From Defluviitaleaceae bacterium (GTDB taxonomy: Bacteria > Bacillota > Clostridia > Lachnospirales > WRAX01), in NCBI GenBank assembly GCA_009780415.1, contig WRAC01000017.1:1-50776 (forward strand): DNA of 50,776 nucleotides, written 5' to 3'. Shown one piece after another: positions 27,840-36,482 of this stretch (within the stretch, counting starts at the first letter, position 1; each line of letters starts with the position of its first letter). A model generated the notes under the pieces. The model had not been told where the DNA came from. It saw only the letters and a list, made by a program, of their open reading frames with translations, and made no database searches. Position numbers and translations under genes: made by a program.

Positions 27840-28313
27840 TTGAAAAAACCAGATCATTCGCGCGATTATCAGTCGTCAAACAGGCCGAAAAGCTTTCCGG
27901 TGCTTGAATGGCTTGTTATTATTCTATATATAATAGCTGTTATAGCTATTATATCAGGAATAGTATCAGGGATTAATTTTTCAAGAAACGTATGGAGCGG
28001 TAAATTTCCCGCGTTTATTATTCCTTTTATTACAGGCATAGCTTCCGCTGTTGGAAGCGTAATTATTGCCGAGTTGATCAAGTTGTTCCTTTGCATAGAG
28101 AAAAATACATATGACGCGGCTCATAATGCTTATATTACAACAAAGCTACAGGAAGAATTGGCGGATATTCAGAGAAAAATACACGCGGACGCTTTAAAAA
28201 ACGATGAAATGTATGACAGTGATAAAGCTATATGCGCCAAATGCGGTAAGGAATGGAAGAAAAGCAATTATACCAACAGCAATAATTGCCCGCGGTGCGG
28301 TACAAGGATTTAA
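27840..28313 (+). CDS. Membrane protein with C-terminal zinc-ribbon (CxxC...CxxC)
   Basis: TTG start with an AAGGAG RBS. Two or three TM helices. The C-terminus has CAKCGKEW...CPRCGTRI. Confidence 0.55.
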   Translation: MKKPDHSRDYQSSNRPKSFPVLEWLVIILYIIAVIAIISGIVSGINFSRNVWSGKFPAFIIPFITGIASAVGSVIIAELIKLFLCIEKNTYDAAHNAYITTKLQEELADIQRKIHADALKNDEMYDSDKAICAKCGKEWKKSNYTNSNNCPRCGTRI

Positions 28314-28337
28314 CCGTTGAGATTGCTGGGCCAAAAC

Positions 28338-28366
28338 AGGGGATGCCGCTCTTAGCGTCCCCTTTA
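28338..28366. terminator. Bidirectional rho-independent terminator (GGGGATGC...GCGTCCCC)
   Basis: The hairpin is flanked by A-rich sequence upstream and TTTAAAAT downstream. It sits between convergent genes. Confidence 0.5.
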
Positions 28367-28561
28367 AAATATAAATTTATTAAATTTACCCATTCTTTTT
28401 TGCAATTGATTTTGCTTGTGTTCTTCAAGCTCTTCCTGTGAAAATTGCACGGTTATACGGTTTTGACAAATTCCTATACAATTAATCCGTATTTCCTTCA
28501 GCATACAAACAAAGCCGCCCCTGTTGTAAATACAGTAATCAAATTCGCATTTTATACTCAT
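28364..28561 (-). CDS. Small Cys-rich protein, DUF1540-like (tentative)
   Basis: 65 aa. RBS AGGGGTGA. The cysteine pattern CEFDYCIYNRGGFVC...EIRINCIGIC resembles DUF1540. Confidence 0.5.
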   Translation of the reverse strand: MSIKCEFDYCIYNRGGFVCMLKEIRINCIGICQNRITVQFSQEELEEHKQNQLQKRMGKFNKFIF

Positions 28562-28674
28562 TTATATCACCCCTATAAACATTTTACAACCAAACGGTCT
28601 AAATGTCAATACTCCCATTCGGATGTTTTATATAATTATTTATAAATGAATATCTGAATGGAGAGCGGTAGATA

Positions 28675-28884
28675 ATGAAACATTATAATGATATGATTCG
28701 TGAATTAAGACAAGACAGAGATTTAACACAAAAAGATATTGCTGAATTATTAAATACTAACCAAAGAGTTTACTCGAGGTATGAACTTGGAATTCGTTCA
28801 TTGCCTATTGAGCATCTTATTAAATTGTGTAAGTATTATAACGTTAGTGCAGATTATATCCTTTGCCTCAGGAATGAAAAATGA
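28675..28884 (+). CDS. XRE-family HTH transcriptional regulator (Cro/C1-type)
   Basis: 69 aa. The HTH reads LTQKDIAELLNTNQRVYSRYELG. A GGAGAG RBS is present. Confidence 0.75.
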   Translation: MKHYNDMIRELRQDRDLTQKDIAELLNTNQRVYSRYELGIRSLPIEHLIKLCKYYNVSADYILCLRNEK

Positions 28885-28896
28885 TTTTTCCTTGAA

Positions 28897-30000
28897 TCAG
28901 GATTCCCCCCTCCGCGTAGGATCCAGCGCCTCACGCAGCCCTATGGACAGCATGTTGAATGATATCATCAGAACGGAAATCACCAAGGCGGGGAAAAACG
29001 TTTGGTAAGGCATTTCCGTCAGAAGCTGCCGCCCGTCGGCCAGAAGCACGCCCAAAGACGGCTCCGGCGCTTGAACGCCAAGCCCAAGGTACGCAAGGAA
29101 GCTTTCTATAAAAATCGCGCCGGGTATGGCTGCCATTGCCCTTGTTACCACCGGGCCGATGGCGTTTGGTAAAATGTGCGCCGTTATAATCCTTAGGTCA
29201 CCCGCGCCGATTGTACGCGCGGCAAGGACGAACTCGAATCCTTTATAGCGCAGGAATTGGGCGCGGACAAGACGCGCCGTTCCCGTCCAGCCGCGTATGC
29301 AAAGCGCCGCGATAATGGGCCACGCGCCCGGCCCGATAATAATGATTAAGAGCGTAAACAGCACAATTTGCGGAAGGCTGTCCAGAATCTCCGTAACGCG
29401 CATCAGCAATAAGTCGGTTTTGCCTCCGTAATATCCGCAAACCGCGCCGTAAACCGTGCCGATTACCGTGTTAAAGAACACGGAGGTTAGCGCGATGAAC
29501 AGGGATAACCGCGTACCCATCCATAAGCGTGTCCATAAATCACGCCCTAAATAATCCGTTCCAAACCAAAAGTATGTGTTCTTTGCTTCGTTTAATAAAT
29601 AAACGTCAACTTTTGCGTCGGCAAGCTCAACGCCATGCTCAATGAAAACCGGATAAACCCGCAGTACCGAACCCGCGGGATATACCGACGTGTCGTTTAA
29701 ATTAGCCGCGCGCCGTCTTTTCAATATGCGGGAGCCGTCAAAAATGCCAAATCTTTCAACTCCCGCAATCCTGGGCGGCATGTAACGCAGATCCGTACGG
29801 GGCTCGTTGTACGCCCATCGGTTCATTCCCGGCCCGAAAACTGCCAAAAAGGTTATCAGGCAAATGCAAAATATAGCGGAAAGTGTGGACTTGCTTCTAA
29901 GAAGCCTCCTTAGGATATCGCTATGTCGTGATGACCCTGCCGTTTTTACGCTTTTTTGCGCTGCTTCCCTGTTTGCGAAAACAAATTTACTGTTGTTCAT
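28897..30000 (-). CDS. oppC: Oligopeptide/dipeptide ABC transporter permease (OppC/DppC-like)
   Basis: The N-terminus reads MNNSKFVFANREAAQ...SAIFCICLITFLAV. An EAA-loop-like motif is present. 6 TM helices. Confidence 0.8.
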   Translation of the reverse strand: MNNSKFVFANREAAQKSVKTAGSSRHSDILRRLLRSKSTLSAIFCICLITFLAVFGPGMNRWAYNEPRTDLRYMPPRIAGVERFGIFDGSRILKRRRAANLNDTSVYPAGSVLRVYPVFIEHGVELADAKVDVYLLNEAKNTYFWFGTDYLGRDLWTRLWMGTRLSLFIALTSVFFNTVIGTVYGAVCGYYGGKTDLLLMRVTEILDSLPQIVLFTLLIIIIGPGAWPIIAALCIRGWTGTARLVRAQFLRYKGFEFVLAARTIGAGDLRIITAHILPNAIGPVVTRAMAAIPGAIFIESFLAYLGLGVQAPEPSLGVLLADGRQLLTEMPYQTFFPALVISVLMISFNMLSIGLREALDPTRRGES

Positions 30001-30950
30001 GCCGTTTTACCGCCCGTAAGACGTATACGCGGGTCAGCCGCGCCAAGGGCAAGGTCAGCCAAAAACATCGCCGCCAGTTCAACAAAGGTATAAAAAATCA
30101 ATACCGCCATGGTCAGGGAGTGATCCTTTGCCGTAATGGAATCGATCAGCACGCGCCCCATGCCGGGTATGGAAAATATACGTTCTATAACAAGCGATCC
30201 GGCTAGAATATCTGTAAACATAAGGGTAAGCACCGGTATTAAAGGCACAATGGCATAGCGCAATCCGTGATTTACCGCCGCACGGAAGGGGCTTAAACCC
30301 TTGGCTCTGGCTAGTGCCATAAAATCGGTGTTTTGCGCGTCAATCAGCTCGGCGCGCAGTAATCGCGTAACAATCGCCGCCGGAGCAAGGGCAAGGGCCA
30401 GAACCGGCAGCGCAAGCGACCGCGACCTCTCAAAAAATCCGGCGCTGGGCATGTACAATCCGGGCGCAAGCCCCAGCCTGTACGCAGCGAAATATTGAAG
30501 CAGCGCCGCCACAACGAAGGACGGGACGGATACGCACATCACGGTTACGAACACTACCGCTTTGCCGGAAAAAGCGCCGCGCCCAAGTGCCGCCGCAACG
30601 CCCAGCAATATCCCCAACGGCAGCGCTAAAGCCAGAGCCGCGAAATTAATGATAACCGTGATGGGCAGCCTTTGCTTTAAGACACTGAAAACCGGCACGC
30701 CGGGGTCGATTTTTAACGAAACTCCAAAATCGGCATAAAAAACAGCCCGTCTGATATAATCGGCAAGCTGGAGGAGAACAGGCCGCCCCGTCATTTCGCG
30801 CTCAGCCAAGACCTCTCTTGCGGCCGATGTCAGGTCGGGGTCGTCAAAAACGTTCCCCGGCATCAGCCTGATAACGCAGAAAACAAGGACAATCACCGTA
30901 AAAAACGTTAAAACAAGCGCGGCAAGGCGTTTTATGGCATAAATAAACAT
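29997..30950 (-). CDS. oppB: Oligopeptide/dipeptide ABC transporter permease (OppB/DppB-like)
   Basis: The N-terminus reads MFIYAIKRLAALVLTFFTV. 317 aa. Its stop overlaps the oppC start. Confidence 0.8.
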   Translation of the reverse strand: MFIYAIKRLAALVLTFFTVIVLVFCVIRLMPGNVFDDPDLTSAAREVLAEREMTGRPVLLQLADYIRRAVFYADFGVSLKIDPGVPVFSVLKQRLPITVIINFAALALALPLGILLGVAAALGRGAFSGKAVVFVTVMCVSVPSFVVAALLQYFAAYRLGLAPGLYMPSAGFFERSRSLALPVLALALAPAAIVTRLLRAELIDAQNTDFMALARAKGLSPFRAAVNHGLRYAIVPLIPVLTLMFTDILAGSLVIERIFSIPGMGRVLIDSITAKDHSLTMAVLIFYTFVELAAMFLADLALGAADPRIRLTGGKTA

Positions 30951-30953
30951 CCG

Positions 30954-31487
30954 CTATTTTACAAGGGCTTGGATGGCTTTCCTCGCGGGATGGTCGGCGC
31001 TTCTCATAATCTCGAACAACAGGCTTTCCATGGTCGATACCGTAACGCCCGCCTGTTCCATCCTGCAAAGCGCGAAGCCGCGGTCAACCTCGGTGCGAGA
31101 GCCGCAGCAGTCCGCCGCCAGGAATACGTTATAACCATTCTCAATCAGTTCCAAAGCCGTTTGTTGCACGCAAATATGCGTCTCCACACCGGCTATGACA
31201 ATGTTTTTTTGGGTAAGCTTATCCTTGAAGCCATTATCGTCCCCAAGACAGCTAAACGCTGTTTTATCGGTATTATCATGCTCGCCAAGGGCTTCCGCAA
31301 GGGCGGGAACCGTATCGCCCAACCCTTTGGGATACTGCCTGGTAACAAGCACAGGCATATCCAAAATCCTCGCGCCCCGCGCTAATATACAGCTTTTTCT
31401 GATAACCTCTTCCTGGCAATGTATTGCGGGCATCATTCTCTCTTGCAAATCAATGAATAAAAACAGCGTGTCGTTTTGGTTAATCAT
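30954..31487 (-). CDS. Isochorismatase-family cysteine hydrolase
   Basis: Reads LFLFIDLQERMMP...VIAGVETHICVQQTALELIENGYNVFLAADCCGS. This is the isochorismatase fold with a catalytic Cys. Confidence 0.75.
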   Translation of the reverse strand: MINQNDTLFLFIDLQERMMPAIHCQEEVIRKSCILARGARILDMPVLVTRQYPKGLGDTVPALAEALGEHDNTDKTAFSCLGDDNGFKDKLTQKNIVIAGVETHICVQQTALELIENGYNVFLAADCCGSRTEVDRGFALCRMEQAGVTVSTMESLLFEIMRSADHPARKAIQALVK

Positions 31488-31622
31488 GGTAAACCCCTTT
31501 CGTTAGGCTTGTTTTATATTATAGAACAGTCAGTTAAATAAGTAAAGTTTCTTTGGTAAATTGACTTTTACGTATGATATGGTAAAATAAAATATAATCG
31601 GCTTAAGAGAAGAGGTAGTTTT

Positions 31623-32624
31623 ATGCGTGTTATAGTTAAGATAGTACTTCTATATGTTGTAATGATTATACTACTGACTTCATGCGGATTAAAAAATTAT
31701 GGCGGAGCGCCGTCCCCATCAAGCACCGATGCGATAATTACGCATACACCGGAACCCACTCCTACACCAGAACCCGCTCCGACTCCCGAACCGACCCCGG
31801 AGCCTACGCCGGAACCAACCCCAACCCCCGAACCCACGCCGTATACGGCTCCTGTGCTGAGCTTGCCCGAAGGTATGAATAACCCTTACAGATCAAGCTA
31901 TCCCAACGCTTTTAATGACGACGGCACGCTAAAGAATGACAGTTGCCAATCCGGTATGAGGCCGAATTACCATAATTTCCAGCCGCCTGTCGCCCACACG
32001 TATTTTGATATCAGGCAGTTTAACGGTTATTATTTGGGCGATTTAAGCGAAAGGGCCGTTTATCTAACCTTTGATAATGGCTACGAGAACGGATTCACTC
32101 CGATTATCCTTGATATTTTGAAGGAAAAGGGCGTGCATGCGGCGTTTTTTGTTACAAAGCCATATATACAGCAAGCCCCGGAGCTGTGTATACGCATGAT
32201 AGAAGAAGGGCATATTGTGGGTAATCATACCGTAAGGCACAGAAACAGCTCATCATTGACCGATGAGGAATTTATTTTCGAGTTAGAGGAAACGGCCCGG
32301 TTTTTCAAGGAAGTAACCGGATACGATATGCATCCCTATTTCCGCCCGCCGGGCGGCGAATACTCAGCCAGGATCTTGAGCCTTGCCAATGAATTGGGTT
32401 ATAAGACGATTTTCTGGAGCCTGGCTTATCTGGATTATGACGTTAATAACCAGCCGGGCAGGCAGGCCGCCTTCGACCGCGTTACATCAACGATACACAA
32501 CGGCTGTATAATACTCCTTCACGCCATTTCGCAGTCCAATACGGAAGCTTTGGGTGACATTATTGATTATATCCGGGAGCAGGGATTTGAGTTTAAGCCG
32601 CTGGATGACCTGGCAGATTGGTAA
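31623..32624 (+). CDS. Polysaccharide deacetylase lipoprotein (PdaA-like, delta-lactam-type de-N-acetylase)
   Basis: Lipobox LLTSCG. A Pro/Thr-rich linker. The NodB domain reads TFDNGYENGFTPIILDIL...HTVRH. Confidence 0.8.
   Translation: MRVIVKIVLLYVVMIILLTSCGLKNYGGAPSPSSTDAIITHTPEPTPTPEPAPTPEPTPEPTPEPTPTPEPTPYTAPVLSLPEGMNNPYRSSYPNAFNDDGTLKNDSCQSGMRPNYHNFQPPVAHTYFDIRQFNGYYLGDLSERAVYLTFDNGYENGFTPIILDILKEKGVHAAFFVTKPYIQQAPELCIRMIEEGHIVGNHTVRHRNSSSLTDEEFIFELEETARFFKEVTGYDMHPYFRPPGGEYSARILSLANELGYKTIFWSLAYLDYDVNNQPGRQAAFDRVTSTIHNGCIILLHAISQSNTEALGDIIDYIREQGFEFKPLDDLADW
31745..31845 (+). repeat. Imperfect tandem PT-linker repeat (CCNGARCCNACNCC units) encoding PEPTPTPEPAPTPEPTPEPTP
   Basis: Direct reading. 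Low-complexity coding repeat inside the PdaA-like gene. Confidence 0.6.
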
Positions 32625-32627
32625 TTA

Positions 32628-33284
32628 TTATATGGTGCCCAGTCCTTTTTTCAATAAATGTTTATATGTCGCCCATGAAATGTGCCGGCCTCCCATTTTT
32701 TCCAAATGCGCGGTGTGAAACTGGCAGTCGATAAACAGGAACCCTTCGTCGGATAGTTTTTGGCAAAGGCTGATTAACGCAAGCTTTGAGGCATTTGCGG
32801 TTTTTGAGAACATGCTTTCTCCAAAAAAACATTTACCGATGATCACGCCGTACAAACCGCCGGCAAGCTCTAACCCGTCGTAAACGCCTGTACAGTGAGC
32901 ATATCCCAATTCAAACAGCTTTATATACGCCGATTCCATTTCGCTGGTTATCCATGTCTCGTTTTCCCGCATTGTACGGCAGTTATGTATTATTTGATTA
33001 AAATTAATGTTAAATTTGATTTCCAAGGATGTTTTTGACATTTCCTTTTTCATGCTGCGTGATATGTGGACATCTTGCGGAAAAATAACAAAGCGTTCTT
33101 TCGGGCACCACCATTTTATTTCCTCACCCGGATTATACCAGGGGAAAATGCCGTTTGAGTATGCGCTTAACAGCCGCCCGGCGCTCAAATCGCCGCCTAC
33201 GGCCAGCAGACCGTTATCGCTGGCAAGCTCCGGCGGAGGGAAGATATGTAATTTATCGGATAACAGAAAAATCGGCATAAACAC
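32628..33284 (-). CDS. aat: Leucyl/phenylalanyl-tRNA--protein transferase
   Basis: FPPPELASDNGLLAVGGDLSAGRLLSAYSNGIFPWY is the classic L/F-transferase N-terminus. 218 aa. Confidence 0.85.
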   Translation of the reverse strand: MFMPIFLLSDKLHIFPPPELASDNGLLAVGGDLSAGRLLSAYSNGIFPWYNPGEEIKWWCPKERFVIFPQDVHISRSMKKEMSKTSLEIKFNINFNQIIHNCRTMRENETWITSEMESAYIKLFELGYAHCTGVYDGLELAGGLYGVIIGKCFFGESMFSKTANASKLALISLCQKLSDEGFLFIDCQFHTAHLEKMGGRHISWATYKHLLKKGLGTI

Positions 33285-33347
33285 ATTATATAATAAAGAG
33301 CATTATTCAACCACAAAAAACGCAAAAAAACACAAAAAATAAAAAAA

Positions 33348-34265
33348 ATGTGTTATACTTTAAGCATGGACGGATTACGAAAGAGAATGCTTCTGATATT
33401 TAACCCCAATGCCGGGCAGCAAAGGTTTCCGGCTTATCTTTATGATGTTGTGAACATTTTTACGCTGGCGGGTTTTCTTGTTACGGTACTGCCTACGCGG
33501 GCGAACGGCTGCGCGGGCGATGCCATTGCCCGTTACGCGGAAGATCATGAGTATGTGGTCTGCTCCGGCGGGGACGGTACAATCGGCGAATGCATCGACG
33601 CGCTTCTGCAACTTGAGAAACGCCCGGTTTTCGGGGTTATTCCCTCGGGTACCGCCAATGATTTTGCCGTGTCGCTTGGTATTCCGAAGGATATTATTTC
33701 GGCTGCCGGTATAATCACTGGCGGTAACGCGAAGGCGTTGGACATCGGACGGTTTGGGAGCCGTCATTTTTCATACGTAGCCGGTTTTGGTATTTTTACC
33801 GACGTAGCTTACTCAACCCCGCAAAACCTTAAAAACGTGCTGGGAAGCCTTGCTTATTTGCTTGAGGGAATAAAACGCCTGGGATCAATTAAAACCTACG
33901 GCTGCGGGTTTATGCTTGACGGAGAAGCCGTAAACGGCGGCTTTATCCTGGGCCTTGTGGCGAACACGCATTCCGTGGGCGGTTTCAGGCTGCCAGGTAC
34001 CATTGATGTGCGGATGGATGACGGCATGTTTGAGGTGATATTGTTGAAAAGGCCCAGAACGTTAAGGGACCACCAACAGATCATAGCATCCCTCCGCAAA
34101 CAGGAAAATGGTTCGGATTTATTAATTATTCGGAAGGCAAGCAAGGTGGAATTCAGCTCCCCGATGCCGGTGGCATGGACGCTGGACGGCGATTTTGGCG
34201 GTGAATGCAAAGATGTTGTCATCGAAAATGTTCCCCATGCCATAAATGTTATGGTTCCGGGATAA
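33348..34265 (+). CDS. Diacylglycerol/lipid kinase family protein (DagK/YegS-like)
   Basis: The LLIFNPNAGQ start region and the VVCSGGDGTIGE motif. The start is ambiguous among ATGs 33348, 33366 and 33387, none with a strong RBS. A TGTGTTATACT extended -10-like element overlaps 33350-33360. Confidence 0.7.
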   Translation: MCYTLSMDGLRKRMLLIFNPNAGQQRFPAYLYDVVNIFTLAGFLVTVLPTRANGCAGDAIARYAEDHEYVVCSGGDGTIGECIDALLQLEKRPVFGVIPSGTANDFAVSLGIPKDIISAAGIITGGNAKALDIGRFGSRHFSYVAGFGIFTDVAYSTPQNLKNVLGSLAYLLEGIKRLGSIKTYGCGFMLDGEAVNGGFILGLVANTHSVGGFRLPGTIDVRMDDGMFEVILLKRPRTLRDHQQIIASLRKQENGSDLLIIRKASKVEFSSPMPVAWTLDGDFGGECKDVVIENVPHAINVMVPG

Positions 34266-34273
34266 AATAACAC

Positions 34274-34302
34274 TTGATAAAAATAATCAACTATGCTATG
34301 AT
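34274..34302 (+). promoter_or_regulatory. Sigma-A promoter (TTGATA-17-TATGAT) for the leader of the MutS2-paralog/ABC operon
   Basis: TTGATA at 34274-34279, a 17-nt spacer, then TATGAT at 34297-34302. Confidence 0.55.
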
Positions 34303-34329
34303 AATAAAAAATTGAAGGGTGGTTTATTG

Positions 34330-34365
34330 ATGTCGGTTCTGTCTGTTACGGTGATGATCAACTAA
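34330..34365 (+). CDS. Candidate leader peptide MSVLSVTVMIN (uORF)
   Basis: The RBS is 7 nt upstream. The ORF lies inside the attenuator-like leader. It is very short, so low confidence. Confidence 0.35.
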   Translation: MSVLSVTVMIN

Positions 34366-34484
34366 ATAATAGTTGTAAGGAACGCATAAGCATTAGCTTA
34401 TTTTGTTGTTCCTTTAAAACACTGCCTAACAGACTGCTCGGAACATCAATATATGCCCTTTTTTTGTAGTATATTGAGAGATAT

Positions 34485-34546
34485 GCCCACGGGAGCATTC
34501 TGCACTTTTTATGGTGTGGTTGTGTTTTCGTGGGCTTTTATTTTGT
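34485..34546 (+). terminator. Leader terminator (GCCCACG-long loop-CGTGGGC plus T4AT4)
   Basis: A 7-bp GC stem closes a structured interior. It is followed by TTTTATTTTG immediately before the RBS. Confidence 0.45.
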
Positions 34547-34559
34547 AAAGGAGATTATC

Positions 34560-36482
34560 ATGAACCACTTAACAACGCTTGAATTTGACAAGATATTAGA
34601 AAAACTTGCCCATTGCGCGGTTTCTGAAACGGTGAAGGAGCGCTGCCTTACGTTAAATCCCGCAAAGAGCTTACCGAAAGCCGAACGCCGCCAGTGCGAA
34701 ACAACACAGGCCAAGCAAATAATTGAACAGACGGGAACGCCGCCCCTTGCGGCTATGACCGATTTACAAAAGATTATCGGGCTATTGGGTGCGGATGCTA
34801 TGCTTATCCCGGAACAGCTTGCCCATGTTATGGCTTTCATTACATCTTGCCGGCGCATGGTTACGTATATGCAAAAAGCCCGGTTTACAGATGTTGACGT
34901 GGCATTTTACGGCGGGTCGTTTATAGATTTGTCGCATGTTGAGGATGAAATAAACCGTTGTATACGCGGTATACAGGTGGACGACCGGGCTTCCCAGCGT
35001 CTATATGACTTGCGCAGGGGTATTGAGATCAAAGGCGAACAGATAAAGGCAAAACTGGATCAAATGCTGAGGAAAAACAGGGATTGCTTTTCGGAAGGCT
35101 TCGTTGCCGTCCGAAACGGGCGCTATACCCTTCCGGTTAAAAGGGAATTCAAAAGCAGGATAGAGGGTGTTATGGTTGAATTATCAAACACCGGCGGCAC
35201 TTGTTTTATTGAACCCGCATCTGTAAGGAAACTGCAGGACGAGCTGGGGGAGCTGCATATCGAGGAGGACAATGAGGTGCGCCGCATCCTTTACACGCTC
35301 ACTGCTTTGGTGCATGATTTTCTGCCATCCATCCGCGTAAATATCGATGCCATGGAAACATTGGATTTCCTTTTCGCTAAGGCTAAATTGAGCATGGACA
35401 TGAAAGCCTCCCCCGTCCGGTTGATTGAAGGCAGGGAAATGCGGATTCTGTCGGCGCGGCATCCGCTGTTGCGTGAAGAAATTGCTGTGCCGTTAGACTT
35501 TGCATTGGGTGGGGATTGGACGGGCGTTGCCATAACCGGGCCAAATACCGGGGGTAAGACGGTGGCTCTTAAAACGGTGGGGTTGCTATCGCTAATGGCT
35601 CAAAGCGGGTTGCATATTCCTGCTAACGATAAAAGCATAATATGTATGTTTGACGCGGTTTTGTGCGATGTAGGCGATGGGCAGAGCATTACGGAGAATC
35701 TTTCCACTTTTTCGTCGCATATGACAAATATAATAGGTATTTTACGGGCATCCACTGAAAATTCCCTTGTCCTCCTTGATGAGCTGGGTTCGGGAACCGA
35801 TCCGGCGGAGGGCATGGGCATTGCGATGGCGATTCTGGAAGCTTTGCTGGTAAAACGCTGTTTGTTTACCGTAACTACCCATTATCCCGAAATAAAGGAT
35901 TTCTCGGCGTATACTGACGGTTTGATAAACGCGAGGATGGCTTTTGATAAGGAAAGTCTGATGCCGTTATATAGGCTTGAAATAGGCGAGGCCGGGGAAA
36001 GCTGCGCTTTGTATATTGCCGAAAGGCTGGGTATGCCTGTTGATTTATTAAATCGCGCGCGGGAGATAACGTATGCGGGCGCGCACAGTGCGCCCCTGCG
36101 GATGCCGCCGGCAATGGAAAGATTAATCCCGGTCGTACCTCTGGAATTGGCGGAGGAAGCCGCCGAACCCGTTCCGGTCCCGCGCAGTCAACGGTTTAAT
36201 ATCGGCGACAGCGTCACCGTGTATCCGCAGAAAGAAATAGGGATCGTATACGCCCGCGCCAATGAAAAAGGGGAAGTCGGCGTTCAAGTAAAGGGCAGAA
36301 AGCGGTTGGTGAACCATAAACGGATAAAGCTGAAAATAGCGGCAAGCGAATTATATCCCGACGATTACGACATGTCCATTGTTTTTGACAGCGTGGAGAA
36401 CCGGAAGGCTTGGCGTTTAATGGATAAGAAGCATGTTGAGGGGAATGTCGCCGTCATTAAAAAAGGGGTGAATGAGAGATGA
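34560..36482 (+). CDS. MutS2-family paralog lacking the Smr nuclease domain (MutS domain-V ATPase plus KOW-like C-terminus)
   Basis: RBS AAGGAG. 640 aa. Reads ITGPNTGGKTVALKTVGLLSLMAQSGLHIPA, with DELGSGTDP. A KOW-like block (FNIGDSVTVYPQKEIGIVYARANEKGEVGVQVKG) is present, but there is no Smr domain. Its stop overlaps the next gene's start as ATGA. Confidence 0.85.
   Translation: MNHLTTLEFDKILEKLAHCAVSETVKERCLTLNPAKSLPKAERRQCETTQAKQIIEQTGTPPLAAMTDLQKIIGLLGADAMLIPEQLAHVMAFITSCRRMVTYMQKARFTDVDVAFYGGSFIDLSHVEDEINRCIRGIQVDDRASQRLYDLRRGIEIKGEQIKAKLDQMLRKNRDCFSEGFVAVRNGRYTLPVKREFKSRIEGVMVELSNTGGTCFIEPASVRKLQDELGELHIEEDNEVRRILYTLTALVHDFLPSIRVNIDAMETLDFLFAKAKLSMDMKASPVRLIEGREMRILSARHPLLREEIAVPLDFALGGDWTGVAITGPNTGGKTVALKTVGLLSLMAQSGLHIPANDKSIICMFDAVLCDVGDGQSITENLSTFSSHMTNIIGILRASTENSLVLLDELGSGTDPAEGMGIAMAILEALLVKRCLFTVTTHYPEIKDFSAYTDGLINARMAFDKESLMPLYRLEIGEAGESCALYIAERLGMPVDLLNRAREITYAGAHSAPLRMPPAMERLIPVVPLELAEEAAEPVPVPRSQRFNIGDSVTVYPQKEIGIVYARANEKGEVGVQVKGRKRLVNHKRIKLKIAASELYPDDYDMSIVFDSVENRKAWRLMDKKHVEGNVAVIKKGVNER

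Larger units (their letters stand above)
34310..34559 (+). promoter_or_regulatory. Long structured 5' leader with an 11-codon uORF and alternative hairpins (candidate ribosome-mediated attenuator)
   Basis: The RBS GAAGGGTGG precedes ATG 34330, giving the ORF MSVLSVTVMIN, whose stop is at 34363-34365. Hairpin AAGGAAC...GTTCCTT at 34378-34415 has a 3' arm (GTTCC) that can alternatively pair with GGAAC at 34440-34444. ATATGCCC occurs twice, at 34451 and 34481. The terminator hairpin GCCCACG...CGTGGGC plus TTTTATTTT at 34485-34546 ends 2 nt before the RBS AAAGGAG of the downstream gene. Confidence 0.5.
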
